NCBI GenBank assembly: GCA_964458565.1
Contig: CAYWJO010000029.1
Location: forward strand, 9,641 to 43,166
From: an uncultured archaeon
GTDB taxonomy: Archaea; Asgardarchaeota; Thorarchaeia; Thorarchaeales; Thorarchaeaceae
Direction: 5' to 3'
Length of the DNA stretch: 33,526 bases
In this document: positions 27,942-33,526 of the stretch, in pieces
Position numbering within the stretch: the stretch's first letter is position 1
Layout: the number at the start of each line of letters is the position of its first letter
Program-made: the position numbers and the translations under genes
Notes under the pieces: generated by a model
Databases searched by the model: none
Seen by the model: only the letters and a program-made list of their open reading frames with translations
Told to the model about the DNA's origin: nothing

Positions 27942-28508
27942 TTAGTTGAACAACAACGGAGCTATTTCTTGTGCGCTAGTTCTGGGATTGATATGTTTCC
28001 CAGAATGAGTATTCGTTGAAATTATCTCAATGCCCATTCGTCTACAATGAGATTCCAATGCTTTTAGTGCGTGAAATGTCCAATGTGTAACATCTAGTCT
28101 TCCAACAGATGCAAAGTCCTTAGCAATCATTTTGAAAGGTGCAATGCGCTCTTCATCAATCACTTGAGCTATGAAAGATGCGACATAATTCCAGTTTTGG
28201 GGGGTTGCTTTCATGTACTCGCTCTGAAGTACCTCGAAAGCTCTGGTTGAACCATGTGTAGCTAAAATCCTTAATGCAAGAAACCAGCACTCAATATCCG
28301 ATTTCAGTAACAACGAATTGCAGAAATCAACAACATGGGAATCACCTCGTCTTGCAAGCTCTAGTAATAATGATTCACACATGAAGAGGTGTCCTGTTTC
28401 ATTATGGACAAAACTCCAGAGCTCTTCAGATGTTAGGTCTTCGTAACGTGAGTCAGAAAATGAATTAGGTGAACTTTTTGATACAAGAAATAACTGAAGG
28501 CCGCTCAT
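27942..28508 (-). CDS. Hypothetical protein with HEAT-like helical repeats
   Basis: LLELARRGD..VV..C..LL and ALRILATHGS..AFEVL resemble HEAT/PBS-type units. Confidence 0.6.
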   Translation of the reverse strand: MSGLQLFLVSKSSPNSFSDSRYEDLTSEELWSFVHNETGHLFMCESLLLELARRGDSHVVDFCNSLLLKSDIECWFLALRILATHGSTRAFEVLQSEYMKATPQNWNYVASFIAQVIDEERIAPFKMIAKDFASVGRLDVTHWTFHALKALESHCRRMGIEIISTNTHSGKHINPRTSAQEIAPLLFN

Positions 28509-28614
28509 GCTTCTGAGTACAGCTAGTAACTAATAAGGTCGTAAAAGAAATGAAGAAATGGTATGGTCAGGACTTATCGGCCAAAATTCCTATCAGAAAA
28601 GGAACCATAGACTG

Positions 28615-28626
28615 TTTGTATACAAA
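28615..28626. promoter_or_regulatory. Perfect 12-bp palindrome TTTGTATACAAA, candidate transcription-factor operator
   Basis: Self-complementary 12-mer in the divergent intergenic region between the HEAT-like and TPR genes. Confidence 0.4.
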
Positions 28627-28769
28627 TCGGACTTATAAAAGCGTACAGAAGTTAGAGGGAAGTACTAATAGACTGCTTTTACTGAAACAAAGCAATCATT
28701 CAAGAGATTCCACAAAAGTAGAAGTCCAAAATCATTCGAAGGGTACAACTTCTTGAAAGGTGCACAAGT

Positions 28770-29138
28770 ATGGATACGCTAGAAAATATAGAACGATATC
28801 CGTTCGATATACAAAGAGGAATACAAGACCTATATATAGAAACTATGAAAACACTCATCGAGTTCAATCCAAGAGACCCGGATTTAAGATACGCACTTGG
28901 TGATTACCTGAAACAGATAGGAATGTTGAAGGAAGCAGAATTTTGTTTCCTAGAGTGCGTCGAAATAGATCGATATCAGGAGTTCGCCTGGTTTCAACTT
29001 GCTATGGTGTATGAACACCTCGGGATGAGGATAGAGGCTGAAATGGCCTGGAATGCTTGGGACCGAGTAAAGATGGAACGAGATATGATGGCGATAGCTC
29101 TAGAAAGCCATCGCGGTACAGCCACTGAAGCGACATGA
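28770..29138 (+). CDS. TPR-repeat protein
   Basis: NPRDPDLRYALGDYL...G...EAE.CF and AWFQLAMVYEHLG...EA match the TPR consensus; AGGTG RBS upstream. Confidence 0.85.
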   Translation: MDTLENIERYPFDIQRGIQDLYIETMKTLIEFNPRDPDLRYALGDYLKQIGMLKEAEFCFLECVEIDRYQEFAWFQLAMVYEHLGMRIEAEMAWNAWDRVKMERDMMAIALESHRGTATEAT

Positions 29139-29160
29139 ACCAGGTATTTGGAGCAATCCG

Positions 29161-30648
29161 CTACAGTAGCCCAACTTTCTCATTGAATGAGTCAATGAGT
29201 TCATCTATCTTTGGTGTCATCTGCTGAACGTCACCAAAGTATCTGTCATGCTCGTACCATTGACTGTTTAGCTCGTCTAAATCGAAGCCCTGTTGCTCAA
29301 TCCAGGTATAATACTTCAAGTGATGCACACGTTTCCTATCATAATGGTCAAGTTCAATCATCGCATCAGTCTTGACTCCCATGAGATGACGATGATAATC
29401 CTTGATTGCTACCTTCTCTGTGTAGTTTCCATGAGCAGTCTTAGCCTCTCGTAACCGTGACTCATACATCTCCATCGAGTCTGTGAAGACCGTAAGTACT
29501 ACATCGTTCTTTGTCAGTTCATAGTACTGAGCGAACTTTATTGTCATCAGCAAGTTAGCAACGCTAGAGATGCCCAAAAGATCCAGTTGTGACACAAATT
29601 CCTCTGAGACACCAATTTCATTAATGAGATATTTATGACCCTCTGGTTCGTTGAAGAGTCGAATAAGATTCATCGGATCGTTGTCATCGATGGCAATAAT
29701 CATGTCTGTGTTACGTACGTTGTGGATCCAGGGTACATGCTTGTCGCCAATACCCTCAATTCTGTGAGCACCATAGCCGTTAATCCAGAGAGTTGGACAC
29801 TGAACAGCCTCACCAGCCGCAATCTTCGAGGTTGGATATAGCTGCTTCATATAATCACCACACCCAAGGGTTCCAGCAGAACCAGTTGTTAAGCAGACTC
29901 CTCTGTATTTGTCATTACCCAATTCGTTTGCAAGGACTTCTTCCATAGCATGGCCGGTCACATCATAGTGATAGAGATAATTACCAAACTCGGAGAATTG
30001 ATTGAACACAAAGACGTTCTCACGCGTTGCCATAAGCTCTGCAACCTTATCATAGATCTCTTTGACATTGCTCTCTGAACCAGGAGTTGCAATAATCTCT
30101 CCAGCTACAGTCTTGAGCCAGTCAAACCGTTCCTGACTCATCCCCTCAGGTAGGATAGCAATACTCTCGCAGGCTAGAAGAGTGGCATCATAAGCACCAC
30201 CACGGCAATAGTTACCGGTAGAGGGCCAGACTGCTTTGTGATACGTGGGGTCAAACTGACCAGTAACGAGAGGCGGCACAAGACAACCAAAGGTTGCACC
30301 AACCTTGTGAGCGCCAGTTGGGAACCATTTTCCAACAAGGGCTATGATTCTAGCCTCAACACCAGTGATCTCAGGGGGTATCTCCATGTAATTTGGCAGG
30401 TCTCTGAAGAGACCTCCTTTTTCTATTGGTTCATTCTTCCAAGTTATACGGAAGAGATTCCGAGGGACAATGTCCCACAATCCAATCCCCTTAAGCTCAT
30501 CTTTGATTGTTAAGGGCACCTTATTCGTTGGATCCTTAAGCTGTTCAAATGTTGGAATTATGATGTTGCGTTCCTTGCATCTCTGCGCAGTGCGTTTCAG
30601 TTGTTCTTCATGAATTGTCAGGTCAATCACAGGTTGCCACCTATTCAT
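29161..30648 (-). CDS. PLP-dependent fold-type II enzyme (cysteine synthase/tryptophan synthase beta-like)
   Basis: PTGAHKVGA (PLP lysine), PSTGNY, NQF, TGSAGTLG, IEGIG and GISS; AGGAG RBS upstream. Confidence 0.88.
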   Translation of the reverse strand: MNRWQPVIDLTIHEEQLKRTAQRCKERNIIIPTFEQLKDPTNKVPLTIKDELKGIGLWDIVPRNLFRITWKNEPIEKGGLFRDLPNYMEIPPEITGVEARIIALVGKWFPTGAHKVGATFGCLVPPLVTGQFDPTYHKAVWPSTGNYCRGGAYDATLLACESIAILPEGMSQERFDWLKTVAGEIIATPGSESNVKEIYDKVAELMATRENVFVFNQFSEFGNYLYHYDVTGHAMEEVLANELGNDKYRGVCLTTGSAGTLGCGDYMKQLYPTSKIAAGEAVQCPTLWINGYGAHRIEGIGDKHVPWIHNVRNTDMIIAIDDNDPMNLIRLFNEPEGHKYLINEIGVSEEFVSQLDLLGISSVANLLMTIKFAQYYELTKNDVVLTVFTDSMEMYESRLREAKTAHGNYTEKVAIKDYHRHLMGVKTDAMIELDHYDRKRVHHLKYYTWIEQQGFDLDELNSQWYEHDRYFGDVQQMTPKIDELIDSFNEKVGLL

Positions 30649-30740
30649 TCAATGGGTAACATCTCTCCTTAAAACCTAGCGATAAGACGTAGGTATCTAA
30701 ATGTTTAAGACTCGAATTGAGATAACTATAGTGAATATAT

Positions 30741-30986
30741 ATGATGGTGTTTTCAAGAGAGACAAAAATTCCCGCAGAGAAAATTATGGATAGAGCGCGG
30801 AAGTATTTCGAAGGAGAATTTGGATTAAAGATAAGTAATCATGTATCTAGTTGCTGTGCAGAATTCTATAGTGAGATAGCCCAAGTTTCAATTCAGATAT
30901 TGAACAAGGGATCCCAAAACGAAGTTATATTGACTTCACGAGAGTTTGATTATCAGGTTCAAGCATTTGCGAGAACGCTAGATTAA
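30741..30986 (+). CDS. Small hypothetical protein
   Basis: 81-aa ORF with a plausible alpha/beta pattern (A..YF...GL...CC.EF...V...SRE...V..F), divergent from the PLP gene. Confidence 0.7.
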   Translation: MMVFSRETKIPAEKIMDRARKYFEGEFGLKISNHVSSCCAEFYSEIAQVSIQILNKGSQNEVILTSREFDYQVQAFARTLD

Positions 30987-31014
30987 GTTATTTCTGAATA
31001 TCAAAAGAGAGAAT

Positions 31015-31085
31015 GCTGACAGGTTTTTTGATTAATACGGAGATAGAGCAAGTATCCAATGGCAGTTGAATCCGAACCTGTCAGC
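31015..31085. other. Long irregular stem-loop in a convergent intergenic region (3' UTR element or terminator)
   Basis: GCTGACAGGTT (31015-31025) pairs perfectly with AACCTGTCAGC (31075-31085), and inner stems are present. On the minus strand it is followed by TTCTCTCTTTT. Confidence 0.5.
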
Positions 31086-31189
31086 GAATAGAGGGGATCA
31101 ACTCCATCTCCATATAACTATGAATTTTGATAATAATCTAATCTTAGACTGTTCTGTTCCATTTTTAGAACAGGGATTCTAACAGAAAA

Positions 31190-32770
31190 TCAGGTTTTAT
31201 CAACGTCCCTAAGTTTCCATTTGACAATAAGGACTGTGAAAACTGAGATTATTGTACCCGACACCAGAGTTATAGATAATGCGATGATCTGAAGATATTC
31301 TAGGCCTGCAAGTGAAGACGGATTATCTACAGAGGTACATGGAGTAGTTATTGGTGATGAATTGGAGATGACAATCGACGGCATTTCAGTTACGGAGGGT
31401 TCTGTATTAGTCATTGAAACAACTTGCACCTGTACTGTATCCTCAAGAGCATTGTGGAGATCATACCACAGGAGAAGGTGAAGTTCATAGAGTCCAACAG
31501 GTAATCCATCAAGCTGGACAATAATGGATGCATTTGTCCACAAGCCCTCAGATATAATATCACTTTCTAGAAAAATCTGATAGCTGAGCGGAAACTCACT
31601 TTCTGGAATCCATTCAATTTGATTTCCTTGGCTTCCCTCTATAAACTGAATATCTTCAGGCTGATTGAGGGTCATTTCGATAATAGTATACAATCCACCC
31701 GCGATGAAAGGAGAAGATAATCCGTTTCCTCTTAATCCAATCGGATCTGTTACACGTACTCTAATCAAGTACACACCTTCCAAAAAAGTGGTGGAATTCC
31801 AGAGGTAATGTGTTTCAGTCAAATCGGTAGATAGTAGCTGGAAAGCAACACCTCCATCCATAGATACGAATACTTCATACTCATGGGTGTCTAGGAAATT
31901 TATATCAAATACATTCCATGTTACTTGGTGGAGATATCCACTACTCTCAATAGATAGATTTACTATCTCTGGAGCGAAGAAGTTGTTCAAACGAACTCCT
32001 ACATAGTCAAAGCTGATAGATGCATTTGATTCAGAATAAGCTGTCAATCGGATATCAGTCGTGACATTAGAGCTGAAGACTGCATATGTATCAATTGTAA
32101 TTTGATTGGTTTCTGATACAAAGGAATGCTCGTCTCTATAATCCACAATCAATGTTACATTTACTGGTAAACGCCCGAAGTTGAACACTGCAATTGCAAG
32201 AGTCCCATTCCTATCTGAATAGAAAGAACCTCTTTCTATGAGATTTCCTGTGGCCATGGTTGCTACAAGTAGATTGTTCAAATATGTCCAAGTATTGTTA
32301 TTGCCATCATCCCACCATGCAAGATAATCTATATCTGTTTCATAGCAAATTCCAGTCAGATCAATGAAATCACCTTGATCAAGATCTTCAATGAAGACCC
32401 ACTCGAACTCAGAGAAGTTAATTCTATTAACAAGAAAGGGATTATAATTTTCGCTAGGAATTACAGGCGCGAGCGTGAACGTGAGTATGTCGCCTCTAGT
32501 AAATGTCACTCCACATGAGGTGACAGATTCATTGTGAATATCACTATCGAAAGATGCCGTTAATCTTACATGATCCCCAGTACATTCAGAGAAATTCTCA
32601 ATAGGTTTTGGATCAGTGAAACTATTTGAAGTCCAACTCAAATCTATACCAGGTTGAGCTGCTGAGTGATAAGTCGCCTTGACTGTAGCTGGCAAAGAAT
32701 GACTCAATGTTTGATTTATGAATATTTGTAGGAAGATTATAATGATAATGGAGTATCGACACCTCTTCAT
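31190..32770 (-). CDS. Cell-surface protein (signal peptide, beta-sandwich/FN3-like domains, S/T linker, C-terminal TM)
   Basis: N-terminal hydrophobic helix; FN3-like 'VTW...D...YEV.VS.DGG..F......YLWN......Y.IRVRVTD'; Asgard-type Ig 'PEDI....G..GN.I.W...P.SY.I...G.W...I...LDGL..G.Y'; TM LQIIALSITLVSGTIISVFTVLIV. Confidence 0.85.
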   Translation of the reverse strand: MKRCRYSIIIIIFLQIFINQTLSHSLPATVKATYHSAAQPGIDLSWTSNSFTDPKPIENFSECTGDHVRLTASFDSDIHNESVTSCGVTFTRGDILTFTLAPVIPSENYNPFLVNRINFSEFEWVFIEDLDQGDFIDLTGICYETDIDYLAWWDDGNNNTWTYLNNLLVATMATGNLIERGSFYSDRNGTLAIAVFNFGRLPVNVTLIVDYRDEHSFVSETNQITIDTYAVFSSNVTTDIRLTAYSESNASISFDYVGVRLNNFFAPEIVNLSIESSGYLHQVTWNVFDINFLDTHEYEVFVSMDGGVAFQLLSTDLTETHYLWNSTTFLEGVYLIRVRVTDPIGLRGNGLSSPFIAGGLYTIIEMTLNQPEDIQFIEGSQGNQIEWIPESEFPLSYQIFLESDIISEGLWTNASIIVQLDGLPVGLYELHLLLWYDLHNALEDTVQVQVVSMTNTEPSVTEMPSIVISNSSPITTPCTSVDNPSSLAGLEYLQIIALSITLVSGTIISVFTVLIVKWKLRDVDKT

Positions 32771-33033
32771 CGTCTAACTCTCGTTCAAGTCACATAAATC
32801 CGAATCTTACAGAACCACAATGTAAGACTAATTAAATTCCTCTTTCTAAGCATTATTTTCTTGGAAAAGAGAACCAAAGATACTAAGGAACTCGAAGAAT
32901 TGAATTTCCGAGGCGCACCTACCAATCAATTAAAATTAGAGTTCTAATGACATCTAAATGTAAGATAATAACTGAACATTACCCGGATACATTATTGTAT
33001 CAAGAGTATCTGGTTGAGTTAGGTTGTGATTAG

Positions 33034-33526
33034 TTGACACAGAGACTCGTATTTAGATTCGGTGCCAGAAAGGCAGATGGCAAAGGAACAATGAAGAATG
33101 AACTTGGCGGAAAAGGAGCTTCTCTTGCCGAGGCAACAAACTTGGGGCTTCCAGTTCCCCCAGGATTTACCATTGGAACGGAGGTATGTAATCTGTACCT
33201 TGCGACTGGTGGAATTCCTGAAGAAACAAAGGAACAAGTATTGGAAGCTATGAAATGGATGGAGAAGATTATGGGGGCTAAGTTCGGTGACCACACCAAT
33301 CCTCTTCTAGTATCCACTCGTTCAGGAGCGAGGTCTTCAATGCCAGGTATGATGGAGACTGTACTCAATGTAGGTTTGACGACAAAATCCATTCCAGGAC
33401 TCATTGGTAAAAGTAACAATGAACGATTTGTGTATGATACATACCGACGATTGATTATGATGTACAGCGACGTAGTTATGGAGAAAGCAGAGGGTATTGA
33501 AGTCGAAGAAGGAATGGGAATACGAG
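33034..33526 (+). CDS. ppdK: Pyruvate, phosphate dikinase, 5' part (runs off the window; absent from the ORF track)
   Basis: TTG33034, directly after an in-frame TAG, reads MTQRLVFRFG...LGGKGASLAE..LGLPVPPGFTI.TE.C...PLLVS.RSGAR.SMPGMM.TVLN.GL...F.YD.YRRLI.MY, the PPDK N-terminal signature. Confidence 0.95.
   Translation, partial: MTQRLVFRFGARKADGKGTMKNELGGKGASLAEATNLGLPVPPGFTIGTEVCNLYLATGGIPEETKEQVLEAMKWMEKIMGAKFGDHTNPLLVSTRSGARSSMPGMMETVLNVGLTTKSIPGLIGKSNNERFVYDTYRRLIMMYSDVVMEKAEGIEVEEGMGIR

Noticed and set aside
28570-28740. CRISPR mini-array
   Set aside because: Only 8-bp matches, no conserved 25-40 bp repeat, and no cas genes in the window.
28550-28756. 68-aa plus-strand ORF
   Set aside because: No recognisable features, and it occupies the divergent promoter region; probably spurious.
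31015-31085. SECIS element or Sec-containing micro-ORF (minus-strand MEMELIPSIR-TGA...)
   Set aside because: No AUGA/GA quartet with apical adenosines, the flanking genes lack in-frame TGA, and the read-through peptide has no selenoprotein-like motif.
33019-33419. Minus-strand ORFs of 91 and 129 aa in the ORF track
   Set aside because: They are antisense to the clear ppdK frame starting at 33034.

Overview
AT-rich archaeal chromosomal window, most likely from an Asgard archaeon of the Thorarchaeia type. This taxonomy is inferred from the Ig-like surface-protein domains, the LRR protein style, GGAGGTG/GTGA ribosome-binding sites and TATA-like promoters. The first half is taken up by two tandem, translationally coupled giant paralogues of about 2,600 aa. 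Each has a signal peptide, a lectin/CBM-like head, 17 collinear Ig/cadherin-like repeats, one TM helix and a conserved ~190-aa cytoplasmic tail with a duplicated three-helix motif. Converging on them is a four-gene operon (DUF362, decaprenyl-phosphate phosphoribosyltransferase-type UbiA, PHP phosphoesterase, UPF0104/LPG-synthase-like membrane protein) that looks like a lipid-linked pentose glycosylation pathway lacking DprE1/E2. The rest holds a PPP Ser/Thr phosphatase, a LOG-family protein, a cupin, a large PIN-solenoid protein, an NDP-forming acyl-CoA synthetase alpha subunit, a membrane-anchored FAM173-like methyltransferase, an LRR/HEAT/TPR trio, a PLP enzyme, two further surface proteins and the 5' end of ppdK. 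No rRNA, tRNA, CRISPR array or mobile element could be supported.
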